Source: Selaginella moellendorffii (taxonomy: Eukaryota > Plantae > Lycopodiophyta). From it: 64,000 nucleotides of DNA. The stretch covers positions 568,074 to 632,073 of the forward strand of contig NW_003314273.1 in the NCBI RefSeq assembly GCF_000143415.4. Reading direction: 5' to 3'. This document shows, one piece after another, positions 36,667 to 48,625 of this stretch (positions are counted from its first letter, which is position 1; every line of letters starts with the position of its first letter). Under the pieces are notes generated by a model. It saw nothing but the letters and a program-made list of their open reading frames with translations, ran no database searches and was not told where the DNA came from. Position numbers and translations under genes: made by a program.

Positions 36667-39600
36667 ATGGAGAAGGCGAGAGACGGCGAGGCGGTGCTCC
36701 AGAAGAAGCTCGAGTACTTGTCGCTCGTGTCCAAGGTATGTGCCGAGCTGGAGACGCACGTAGGGTGCAGCGACAAGACGCTGGCCGAGTTTATCATCGA
36801 GCTGGGCCGGGGCAGCGAGAGCGTGGAGGAATTCGGCGGCAAGCTCAAGGAGAATGGGGCGGAGATGCCGGATTACTTCGTCAAGACGCTGCTGACGATC
36901 ATTCACGCCATTCTGCCGCCCGTGAGGAAGGAGAAGGAGAAGGAGAGGGACAAGGAGAGGAAGGAGAAGGAGAGAGACCGGGAGAAGGAGAAAGATAGAG
37001 AGCACAAAGAGAAGGAGCGAGAGAAAGAGAACAGGGAGAGGGAAAGGGATAGAGAGCGGGACCGAGATAGGGAGAAAGATAGAGATAGAGAAAGGCACAG
37101 GGACAGGGATAGCAGGGATAGCAGGACCAGTAGGAGAAGGAGAGACGAGGAAAATGGAAGAGACCAGCGTCGGGAGCCCGAGTCCCGGCCGGAGGAGCCA
37201 GAGCTCTACAAGATCTACAAGGGCAGGGTGGCGAGGATAATGGACTTTGGCTGCTTTGTCCAGCTGAATGGGTTCTGGGGGCGCAAGGAGGGACTAGTTC
37301 ATATCTCTCAGATGGCTTCTCGAAAGGTTGGGCATGCCAAGGATGCTGTGGAGAGGGACCAGGAGGTTTGGGTGAAGGTGGTGTCTTTGACGGGGCAGAA
37401 GATGAGTCTTTCTATGAGAGACGTGGACCAGAAAACCGGGGGCGATTTGGTTCCTATTCACAAGCCATTGGGAAATGAAGAGGATGCGTTTAGAACCAAT
37501 CCGTCCATTGCCAACAAGCCGTCGACGACAAGGAAGGGTCTTTCTGGGATTCCGTTGATCGACGACGACCCAGACGTATCGCACTCCAGAAGGCCTTCGA
37601 AGAAGATGAGCTCTCCAGAGAGGTGGGAGATAAAGCAGCTGGCTGCTTCAGGGGTGGTCGGCATCCGAGAGAATCCCCTGTATGACGACGACGGTGGTGG
37701 TATGCTGTATCACGACGAGGGTGCTGAAGAAGAGCTTGAAATCGAGCTTAACGAGGACGAGCCTGCGTTTTTGAGGGGACAAACAAGATACTCGGTGGAT
37801 CTCTCGCCTGTGAAGATCGTCAAGAACCCCGACGGTTCGTTGCAGAGAGCAGCAACAACTCAGTCGGCTCTGGCTAAAGAGAGAAGGGAGCTTCGCGAAC
37901 AGCAGCAGCGGACAATGCTGGATTCTATTCCCAAGGACTTGAATCGTCCATGGGAGGATCCCATGCCAGAGACAGGAGAGCGGCACCTAGCGCAGGAACT
38001 CCGGGGTGTAGGACTGTCTGCATACGACATGCCCGAGTGGAAGAAGGATGCGTTTGGGAAGGCTCCAACTTTTGGACAACGGTCGAAGCTTTCGATTCAA
38101 GAGCAGAGACAGAGCTTGCCGATTTATAAGCTGAAGATGGAGCTTGTGAAGGCTGTGAACGAGAACCAGGTCCTGGTCGTGATTGGTGAGACCGGCTCGG
38201 GAAAGACGACTCAGATGACACAGTACCTGGCTGAGGCGGGATATACTTCGAGGGGGAAAATCGGCTGCACACAGCCTCGTAGAGTGGCTGCCATGTCCGT
38301 GGCGAAGAGGGTGGCGGAAGAGTTCGGTTGCCGTTTGGGTGAGGAGGTTGGATATGCTATCCGTTTCGAGGACTGCACAGGGCCCGAGACTGTTATAAAG
38401 TACATGACAGATGGTATGCTTCTCCGAGAGATACTTGTGGATGAAAACCTCTCAGCATACTCGGTGATCATGCTGGATGAAGCTCACGAGAGAACCATCC
38501 ATACGGACGTTCTTTTCGGGTTGCTCAAGAGCTTAGTCAAGCGGCGGCCTGATTTGCGGCTGATCGTTACGTCGGCAACTCTGGACGCAGAGAAGTTCTC
38601 GGGTTACTTTTACGACTGTAACATCTTCACCATACCAGGACGGTCATATCCAGTCGAGATTCTCTACACCAAACAGCCAGAGACCGACTACTTAGACGCA
38701 GCATTGATCACGGTGATGCAAATTCATCTTACGGAGCCGGAGGGGGACGTCTTGCTCTTTTTGACGGGTCAAGAGGAGATCGACACCGCTTGCCAGATTT
38801 TGTATGAACGGATGAAGGGTCTGGGACCGAACGTGCCAGAGTTGATCATCTTGCCGGTCTACAGCGCTCTTCCCAGCGAGATGCAAACTCGAATCTTCGA
38901 TCCACCTCCTGCAGGGACGAGGAAAGTCGTCGTTGCTACTAATATTGCGGAGGCGTCCCTGACAATTGATGGCATTTACTACGTCGTTGATCCGGGATTC
39001 GCAAAGCAGAAGGTGTACAACCCGAAGCTGGGACTCGACTCGCTCGTGATCACTCCTATATCTCAAGCGTCAGCGAAGCAGCGAGCTGGTCGTGCCGGAA
39101 GAACAGGTCCCGGGAAGTGTTATCGACTTTACACTGAGAGCTCGTTCTGGAACGAGATGCTTCCGACGACCGTGCCGGAGATACAGAGGATCAATCTCGG
39201 GATGACGGTTCTGATGATGAAGGCCATGGGGATCAACGATTTACTCTCGTTCGACTTCATGGATCCTCCACAGTCCCAGGCGCTTATTTCTGCTATGGAG
39301 CAACTCTACAGCTTGCAAGCGTTGGATGAAGAAGGTTTGCTGACCAAGCTGGGGCGAAAGATGGCGGAGTTTCCTTTGGAGCCACCTCTGTCGAAGATGC
39401 TCCTGGCGAGCGTGGACCTTGGTTGCAGCGACGAGATCCTCACAATCATCTCGATGCTCCAGGCGCAAAACATTTTCTATCGTCCTCGTGAGAAGCAGGC
39501 CCAGGCAGATCAGAAGAGAGCCAAGTTCTTCCAGCCGGAGGGTGATCACCTGACGTTGCTTGCTGTTTACGAGGCGTGGAGAGCTAAAAATTTCTCCGGA

Positions 39601-40139
39601 CCATGGTGCTTCGAGAATTTTGTACAGTCTCGATCACTGAGGAGAGCACAAGACGTGAGGAAGCAGCTGCTCACGATCATGGACAAGTAAGACAAGTTTT
39701 CTTTTTTCCTTTTCGTTTTTCTCATGTGTTCTTGTTTGTGTGCAGATATAAGCTGGATGTGGTTAGTGCTGGGAAGAACTTCACAAGGATCAGGAAAGCA
39801 ATATGTGCTGGATTCTTCTTCCATGCCGGGCGCAAGGATCCTCAGGAAGGATACAGGACGATAGTGGAGAACCAGCCCGTCTACATTCATCCAAGCAGTG
39901 CACTGTTCCAGCGTCAGCCCGACTGGGTGATCTACCACGAGCTAGTTATGACGACGAAGGAGTACATGCGAGAAGTTACACTCATCGATCCAAAGTGGCT
40001 GGTCGAGCTCGCTCCCAGGTTCTTCAAGGAAGCCGATCCAACGAAGCTGAGCAAGAGAAAGCGGCAGGAACGTATAGAGCCGCTGTACGATCGGTACCAC
40101 GAGCCGAACTCGTGGCGTCTGAGCAAACGACGAGGATAA
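36667..40139 (+). CDS. PRP22: Pre-mRNA splicing DEAH-box RNA helicase PRP22/DHX8 (2 exons)
   Basis: RE/RD-rich tract, S1 domain, [27 protein letters not shown], and C-terminal [15 protein letters not shown]. Confidence 0.98.
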
Positions 40140-40251
40140 GTGGCTGGCTAAATTTCACCATGGCAGGATTGTCAAAAAGCCTCTACAGGTTTTTTCCATG
40201 GTTTTGAATTCTCTTTCACTCTCGTTTTCGAAACTCTTCGTTTTCTACTCG

Positions 40252-41493
40252 TTACAGGAAGCAGTCTTTCCTCCGGGCATTGTTCCTAAAGAACCTGGCC
40301 GGATCAAAGTACTTCAAGTCCAAAGTCTTGCATTCGCCATCGACGATGAGCTCCGACAAGAAGGCCCCGGTGGCCGGTCCGTTAAGAATCCCCCAGTAGC
40401 CGTGTCCGGTGGCAACGTACGCTCCCTCGACGTTTGGAAGCTTTCCAATGAGCGGCCGTCCATCTTCCGATAGCGGCATGAAGCAGGCCTGGGCGGTCTC
40501 GAGCTCGGCCCCTTGGAGGTGGGAGGAGACGGTCTCGGACACTCTCCTCAACATGGCGACGGCCTCGTTCCTGGGCTTGACTTGGTGGGCAGTAGCGGGC
40601 AGCTCGGCCTCCTCGGACATGCCCGAGACGTAAACTTCGCCGGTGGGACGCGGGTAGACCTCCGGAGCGAGCTGCTTGCCTTCCCGGGTCTTGTACCTCA
40701 GCAGCAGCGCGTGCGGGGTGAGATCTTGCGAGCTCTTGGGCCGGACGACGATGCTGTGAGCCTTCCTCCCCGAGATCCTGGTGAGGTCCGAGATGGAGCT
40801 GAGATTGCTGGACCAGGGGCCGAGCGCCACCACCGCCACCTCGGCCGGGATGAGCTCCTTGTCCACGACAACTCCCAGCAGCTTCATCCGGTGTGGATCC
40901 AGGCGGAGCTCCTCCACCTCGCCGCGGATGACCCGGACGCCAAACTCGGCCTCGGCGGCGGAGAGCACCGCTTGCGTGAAGAGAGCCGGATGGACCTGCG
41001 CGGTGGTGGTCTGGTTTCCAATCGGGGTGGCACCTTTGACAGGGCCATCGGTCCAGGATGGAAGAACCGAGGGGGTGGAAGCGTTCACCACCTCGCCGCC
41101 ACCAGCGTGATGGTTGTCAGTGCCGGACCTTGGCTCCTCCACGACGAGGCTGAGCGTGTCGAGGGGGCGATAGCCGTAGCGATGCGCGCCGTCGAGCTCG
41201 GCGGCGAGGCGCTGGTGCATGAGGAAGCTGGCGCGCGCGAGCTTGCCGAGGGGGCTGCCGTCGCACCAGTCGAGCGCGAGGAAACCGCCGGCCTTGCCCG
41301 AGGCGGCGCAGGCGACGCTGCAGCGCTCCACGACCGTGACGCGGACGCCCTTCTTGGCGAGGAAGTAGGCTGTGCAGGCGCCGATCACACCCGCGCCGCA
41401 CACGATGGCGTGGCCGGGGCTGGGAGACGGGTCGCTGCTGCTGCTGCTGCTACTGGCGCTGGGATCGATTGGAGTGGGCGGAGTCGGATCCAT
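40252..41493 (-). CDS. FAD-dependent oxidoreductase, DAO family (TDA3-like)
   Basis: CGAGVIG Rossmann motif, AASGKAGGFLA, TTAQVHP, PEVYPRP, ATGHGYWGILNGPATG. Intronless. Confidence 0.92.
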   Translation of the reverse strand: MDPTPPTPIDPSASSSSSSSDPSPSPGHAIVCGAGVIGACTAYFLAKKGVRVTVVERCSVACAASGKAGGFLALDWCDGSPLGKLARASFLMHQRLAAELDGAHRYGYRPLDTLSLVVEEPRSGTDNHHAGGGEVVNASTPSVLPSWTDGPVKGATPIGNQTTTAQVHPALFTQAVLSAAEAEFGVRVIRGEVEELRLDPHRMKLLGVVVDKELIPAEVAVVALGPWSSNLSSISDLTRISGRKAHSIVVRPKSSQDLTPHALLLRYKTREGKQLAPEVYPRPTGEVYVSGMSEEAELPATAHQVKPRNEAVAMLRRVSETVSSHLQGAELETAQACFMPLSEDGRPLIGKLPNVEGAYVATGHGYWGILNGPATGAFLSELIVDGECKTLDLKYFDPARFFRNNARRKDCFL

Positions 41494-44266
41494 TGGATTG
41501 TTGGAGGTGCCCGCGTCGCCGCCGCGCACCCTGCGCCTGGCGTTGGGATCATCCGCGGCGCGGCGGAGAGGAAAAGAAAAGACAACGGTTGGGTGTCTTG
41601 GCCCTAGGAACAGGAAGGTGAAAATCAGTGCCACGTCATGTCATAGAAAACAAATTTGTGAATAATAAAAGATGTTTTATTGATCATAATCAACAATTTT
41701 GTTATTTCTTGTTGTTTCCTTCATTTTTAAAGTGTATCTTTTTTTTTTTGAGTTCTTTTAGTCCTTTTGAATCTTTATTGAAGTCTTTGAAATGTTTTGT
41801 ATTATATTTGTTATATATTTTTTTAGTTAAGTTTTGAATTGTTTCATGTTTGTTTCTAGATTTGGTGTATATTTGTTATTTGTATATTTATTTTATTCTT
41901 CTTTTAGCAACTATAGTTTAACAAAGTTTTCTCCTATAGCTTTTAAATTAGTTTTGTGATGTTTACATTTAGTTTCAGAATAAAACTTATTGCACAGATT
42001 TGATTTTTTCTAAAAATTATGAATAAATAAGTTTTAAAAAATTTATTCACTTTTTAAAATTTTTTTCCTAACCATTATAACATGTAAATGTCATATCTCA
42101 CCTTACCAAATCCCTATATTATTTATTAGTTCATTTCTCCTTTATTGCATTATTTGCCTATTTATTAATCCTATTTTGAGTTGAGTATATAATCTGGTAA
42201 ACTTTTTTTTAGTAAAATTAAATATAACTATTAGATTAATAAATATATAAAATTGTTTTTATTTCCTTATAGTTCAGTATATTATAGCTTATAATTCCAT
42301 CTTTAACTTCTATAAATATTCTTTAAATATTTTAAGAATTATGTTAAAATATCATGTAATTAGAGCACTAGATTTACCCTATTATAAGATGCCTTTTGTT
42401 ATATACAAAAGGTTAAAATATTTTTAAAAAAAATGTGTTTTTTTTTTTTGCAACTTTTCAGTACTTTTCAAATTTCTAAAGTTAATCATGCTTTTAATAA
42501 ATTTATGATTGGTTAATTTGCACTTAGTGAATTATCATTCATTTATTCGTTAGCTGTTTATGAGGTTTTATAATGCATGATATTGACAGATTATAATCTT
42601 TGAGCCATTCATTTGCTAAACTCCTTGAAGTCTTATACCACCAAGCCTTCTGTCCTCATCCTAGGCTTCGCTAATCTACCTGCCGTACATCATGGGTTCA
42701 AGCCTGAATGCAATCCTGAGGTGTAGTCACCAGTTTATCAATTTGAATGTTAATGTTAATCAATTTCCACTTTTCTGATGATGTTGAAATGTAAATTATA
42801 TCAAGTGTGTTAAATAAAATTCATCAACAACATCATGCATGCCACGTTGCAGATTGCTACGTCATTAATCCATGGTGGCACAGAATGAATAGTGAAAGCT
42901 ATGCCGTGATAGGCTGTGGGTATACTATACACCATGTGCGGTCCTTGAATGCATACATTTACACAAGCCAACGTGCCGAGGAAGTGATAGTTAAAATACA
43001 CACAAGTTCTCCTGGCACAAGAAATAACAAACAAGGCATCAAAAGATCTCTTGATCTTGCCGATCGGTGTCTATTACTGGAAGCGCGTATCGATTGATTC
43101 AATCCAATGGATCTAAACAAATGAGCATGTAGATTTGGGAGAGTTTCACGTGCCTTTGCGCAGTCGTACGATATGATCTCATATCCTCACGCGAGAGTCC
43201 CTCTCGATCAATCAAACTCCTCTCCTCTCTTAGCTTTCAAAACCAGAGAGTTTCTGCTATTCCAGTAGCGAGAAAGAGGCTTTGAATCGATACATGGTTT
43301 CGTCGTCTTCATGGATTTATATGAGCTTGAAGAGATTCCTTGATGATTCCAGCAGCCAGCGCGCGTAGAATAAAACCCGTATACAAAGTGGGAGGGAGTG
43401 CCCCTGTCGACTCCATTAAATTCCCGCACAGCTTGGCATGAAAAGGAACGTCGTTATTTGCTTGGACTCGCTGGAAACTTTAATGCTTTCATCTCACAAA
43501 CGGGGGCGCGCAGAAAGTCAGGGACATGAGAAGGAAAGAAAGAGGAAGAGAAAGATTTGAGAGTGATTTGCTTCTTAAATCTCGTGCTTAAAACCTTTCA
43601 AAGCTTGCAGGCAGCCGGCTATGGCAGAAAGACCAGCTAAAACTTTAGCAAGAACACTGTAAGTTTTTCCACCACCAGAGGCTAGTACTAGCGTATAAAT
43701 TGTCCCTGCTGGTCACCGAGCGAGAGCGAGAGGTTGGCTCCTTTAAAATCTCTCCCTTGCCAGTCCAGCGTACAGGAAGGAAAAAAACAGTAAAAAAAAT
43801 GTAAGTTTCATGTGTGTCTGATCCAGGGCACTCAATGCTCGCAGGACTCCAGAGAGTGTTTTTCGCTCATCATGCCATGCAAGCTTATGGAATCAAAACT
43901 CGAGAGGGAGAAATCAAACTCCAAAATCTCCCAAAACTCCAAAAACGATTCAATCTTTGAAAACCATATGAAGTAGCAATCTGCGTCACTTCATCAAGCC
44001 GCACCAAGGTCAAGGAAAACTAAATGAAATGCGTGCCAGCACCACCTCCACCACCCTCCTTAAAAGAAAAACACGTAGACAGCAAATAAACGAAGGAAAA
44101 AACGAATTTTTCTGTGAGTAAAGGAACCGAAAGAAGCGTCCCCGAGTATAAGAACATAAGGCACTCTCAGTTGTACCCTTGTCTTCCCTCCAGGTCTTCC
44201 CTCCAGGAACAAAAAAGAGAGAGAGATATCTTCCTCTTCTTCGTTCTTGGCGATCGATCGTCCTTC

Positions 44267-44749
44267 ATGGCGAGCTTAAGCTCCCTCCTCGTCATCGCCT
44301 GCATTGCTTCGGCGGCGCTGGCCAATGAGTTCCAGAGCTACGAGCAGCAAGAGCGATACTTTGAGCCCCAGAACTTTGGTGGCTACGATCAGTCTCTAAG
44401 CTACTCTGGATCATCCGGCTCCGGCTCCAGCTCCAGCGGCGGTGGTGGCAGTCCCAGCTCCGGCTCCGGCTCTGGCTCCGGCTCCAGCGGCGGTGGTGGC
44501 AGTCCCAGCTCCGGCTCCGGCTCTGGCTCCGGCTCCAGCGGCGGTGGTGGCAGTCCCAGCTCCGGCTCCGGCTCTGGTGGCGGTGGCTACGGTGGTGGCA
44601 GCCCCAGCTCTGGCTCTGGCTCTGGCTCTGGCTCCGTCCCAAGCACTGGCGGTGGTGGCGGTGGCTACGGTGGTGGCAGCCCCAGCTCTGGCTCTGGCTC
44701 TGGTTCCGTCCCAAGCACTGGCGGTGGTGGTGGTGGCTATGGAAATCCT

Positions 44750-44780
<31 letters not shown>

Positions 44781-45478
44781 TCCCAAGTTACGGTGGTAGC
44801 CCAGGCGGCGGTAGCGTTGATCCAGGCAGTGGTAGCATTCCAACCGTGCCTTCCAGCGGCGGCATTCCCTCTAGCGGAGGCATTCCCTCTAGCGGCGGCA
44901 TTCCTACTGTTCCTTCCGTTGGTGGTGGCACTGGCGGCATTCCTTCCACTGGAACTCCTTCCTCCGGTTGCTCTTGCGAGTAAGTTTCCATGGTTTTCAC
45001 GAGCTTGGGCTTGCTTGTCTTGCTCGTTTCCTTCGTGGGCTTTGCTCGTTTGTTCCATCTTTCACTCCCTAGATCTTCTGTTTGTCTCGTTCTTGATATC
45101 GATATTGATATTCTATGGTTTGGTTGTTGTGATATGGACAGCTTCTGGGCTGCTCACGTCAACTCGTGGCCGGATCCACTCCAGCTGATCTCCACCGTCT
45201 CGGCCGTGTTCGGGGGTCTCGCCGGGAACACTTTCGGACCCAGCACCACGCTTCTCACTGCGCTGCAGACGAGGAGGTCGGATCCTTACAGCCAGCTCCT
45301 CCGCCAAGGCACCGCAGCCATGCTCAACGCCTACTCTCGTCCAAACTTCCAGTACACCCCTCTTGCCGTTCGCAGCCATTTCAACGCCGCACTCGTCTCT
45401 CCCCAGGCCGCCGCCGTGCAAGCCGCCAAGTTTGCCAACGCCAACCGAGGATATGGCGTGAATACCGTCTGCACATAA
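44267..45478 (+). CDS. Protodermal factor 1 (PDF1)-like secreted cell-wall protein, Gly/Ser-rich (2 exons)
   Basis: Signal peptide, GS repeats, then CSCDFWAAH..LLTALQ..YSQLLRQGTAAMLNAY..AAAVQAAKFANAN, the PDF1-type C-terminal domain. Confidence 0.8.
44415..44900 (+). repeat. Coding tandem repeats (SGSGSGSGSSGGGGSPS; SSGGIP)
   Basis: Near-identical ~51-nt units at 44415-44575, ~66-72-nt units at 44575-44790 and 18-nt units at 44851-44905. Confidence 0.85.
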
Positions 45479-46321
45479 AGAAAGGCTCTTCTTCGTCCTT
45501 TCTCTTCTCTTCTCTTTTGGAACTCTTGTTCTCAGTATCTCCTCGGTGGTTTGGATAGTTGTATTGGTTTTTGTTGGCACAGAAAGATTCACTAGTAAAA
45601 GGCGTGCTAGTTCTTGAATAACGTCGATAGTTTCCTCTTGCCACATGCATCGTTTGTCCAAATCCTATCTAAGAAATTGTGATAAGATCTTTATTCTTCA
45701 TGAAATGTCCAAGAGTTTCAAAGCAAACCCAGAGCTTCAAAGCAAACCAAGAACATTGCATGCATCCTACAAGAATTCAATCCATCTCACTCCACACTTT
45801 CAATCAATGAATTTGCGACTCCACGACGTTGAGTCGTGCCCAGCCGACCAAGTTCTAGTGGTTTCAAGGACAGCATTCTTTTCTGTCTGTTCTAGTTGCA
45901 ACTTGCAAGCAAATCCCTTTCTGAAAGAGAAAGAAAAAGGAGAGTTTTTAAGACTTATCTGTTGCACCGCTCTTGGACAAGCTGGGAAATGAAGGCAGCT
46001 GCCGGAGCAACATCACCTAACGCTTCTGCCACACAAATTCCAATCTGGTCAGGCCTTGAATGAAGGGAAAAAAGGCCTATACCACTCAGTCCATATGTGA
46101 GCTGTCGCCTCTTGCGAAGTTTTATCGCTTTGTTGTTGTTTTGTTCCTGAGGATTTTTCTGCCTCGAGTTTCATTGGGCTGCGAAGATCATCTTGCAAAC
46201 AAATTTCTCGATCCTTATTTGGTCAGCAAGTAATGGAAGATCATAAATCAAGCTGCTAAGAGATCGAAACGATGAAGCTCTTGGTCTAAATTTTGTCAAA
46301 GAAAAAGTCACCTTTTGTGTT

Positions 46322-48362
46322 TCATTGTGGTAGAGTTTTGATACCACTTAGTATATATCCACCTGTGGAGCTCATTTGCATGTGGGGATGCGTGCGGGAT
46401 GGAAGAACCTGCGAGAAAAGATTAAACATTTTTCCTTCAGCACCGGTAGTACAAACCTGGTACTCTCTCATCCATGGCTCCGAGAGCTGCAAACTGACTG
46501 CCGTGCGTTCCTTTTGCAAGGCAAACATGCAGTCCGCAAGAGGCTGTCGCAAAGGAACGATTTTCTCAAACAGCTGAATCTAAGAAAGAAATACTTACTT
46601 GCAGGTAAGTATGATAGATGACAAAAGGAGCGGAGGGGGCTAGAAGCGGAAGGAGTTGCTGCAAAGTCTTCAAAGGATCGGCGTTTAAAGCCCCGACTAT
46701 CAGACTGCATAGATAAGGACGAACACATTACGCGTTGTAAGAGCACGAAAACGGCAGAGAAAGATAGAAAACCTTACCTCGAGAATCCAGTTTTCACCCA
46801 ATCAGAAACGTCTTCGTTCGATGGTTGCTGTATCAGTCGTTGCTTTGTTGGATTCGTAGAGACCGGTTCCAAGTTCTCGGAGATCTGGGACACGCTTGTT
46901 TGTGAGGCCTCGGTCACAGCCTTTTCCGGTTGCACGTCCATCGATGGGTTGCTTTGCAGTGGTTTGCCTGTGCCTGAATCATCTTCCATGTCTTTCTCCT
47001 GTTCTGCCTCGGTAACAGCCTTTTCCGGTTGCACATCCATCGGTTGCTCGCTTTGCGGGAGTTTGCCTGTGCCTGAATCATCTTCCATGTTTTTCTCCTG
47101 TTCTACGACAAGAGGTGCTGGCTCTCCGTTTTGTAAACCAGAATTGTAGCTTTCTAGAAGCGTAGAAAGCCGAACTCGAAATATCCTACACCATCCCAGT
47201 CACTATATGAAGTGTATTGGAAATAACCATTTACCTACTAGATGTTGCGGAGTCAAAGTTAAAGAGGCCCACAATGTCCAGAGATGGAGCTTTTGGAGTA
47301 TAGTAGACACTACAAACCGTGCCAAAGCCTGAAGTGAAAGGATAAAGGTTTCACATCTTTTAAAGAAACAAATCAACTTACCGCTCAAACGTTCTGCGAC
47401 TGCAGCCGTCAAGAGTCCTCCGACCATATCTGAGACCAAAACGTTGGACATCTCGCCTACATTGGCTAATGACAAGATCATTGACAAACTATCAACTCTT
47501 ATAAACCTGCAACAAGTAGAAGAAAAGTCACAACAAATGAAAACTTCTATCGTTTAGTTTACCCGATCTTCGCTGGAGTTTTAGAAAAATATGCCTCACA
47601 AACACTGGAAAAAATGAAGAAAAACGTTTAGTCCCACGCCAACGTCGAAACTAGAAACAGATTCAACCTTTTAGCAGTAGGACACCTGATTATGACCCGA
47701 GGAGCGTACTTTTTCTGCTTTTTCCGCTTGTACTTCTCCTGCAAAAGTAAAAGAGTAAATAGGTTGTAGTTGAGCTTGGCTAAAATGGAAGAAAAACCTG
47801 TGAGAAAGTAGTCTTTGACTCAAACGACGCGCTATTTGCAATCAACGCATTCACAATCTCTTGTCCGGAGGAGCCTTCTCTACAAAGCCCGTGATCTTAG
47901 AAGATAAAAAAGAAGATGAAAAGATAGAACCTTTTCATGCTATGGATCTCCTCGGCCGAGAGTGTCTGCGCAGTGTTATCATCGATGAGGTTCCTGTTAT
48001 CCTTCGTTGCAGCATTTTCTTCTTCCTCCTCTTCCTCTTCGCCAGCGTTATTGTCCTCTGCAACAATACCAAATTTTCAGACCAGCGATCCCAAACCTTC
48101 CCATCACCAGCGCGAGACGATCGTTCCAGCGACGAGGACTTGGGCTCGAATTGCGATCCAAACGGGCATCCAATGACCGGCGCAAGAGAATACTTGGCCT
48201 TGCCAAGCTTGACAGTGCTGAAAGAAGGGAAGAAATCTTCGATATTGCAAGAAATACACAAGGATTTCACGCTTACGCGGCCGGGGTAAGACGCGAGAAC
48301 ACGAAATGCTCGCCATTGTTGATGTCGAGCAGCACGCACGATCCCGCCTTCACGACTTCCAT
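46322..48362 (-). CDS. TRM6: tRNA (adenine-58-N1)-methyltransferase non-catalytic subunit TRM6/GCD10 (multi-exon)
   Basis: GSCVLLDINNGE, LAPVIGCPFGSQFE, DNRNLIDDNTAQTLSAEEI, NSASFESKTTFSQEKYKRKKQKKY, RVDSLSMILSLANV, WMREYQVLPSRTHPHMQMSSTGGYILSG. Confidence 0.93.
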
Positions 48363-48625
48363 AGAACCCTAAACCCAAACTTTAGGGCTATGATGCGAGC
48401 TAGGGCATATTTTATTTCCTTTAAATCTCAGCTAACAGTCAAAAAAAGTCAAGCTACTTACTTAGGTTTTCGTACCTCACAGTGTTTACCGTACGGTTGT
48501 ATTTTAGTGGCTGAGGGCGTGAGGGCGCGAGGGCGCGAGGCGCGCTTCTCGATCCAGGTAGGGATCCCGATCCACGCAGTATCTCACCTCAATCTCAATG
48601 CAGATCTTTGCTCGCAGCGCCTACA

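Noticed and set aside
41700-43100. AT-rich spacer scanned for hidden genes
   Set aside because: No signal-peptide exon or sustained meaningful frame found by eye.
45800-46250. Exon-like blocks on the minus strand downstream of TRM6
   Set aside because: I could not assemble a coherent ORF; possibly a spliced 3'UTR.
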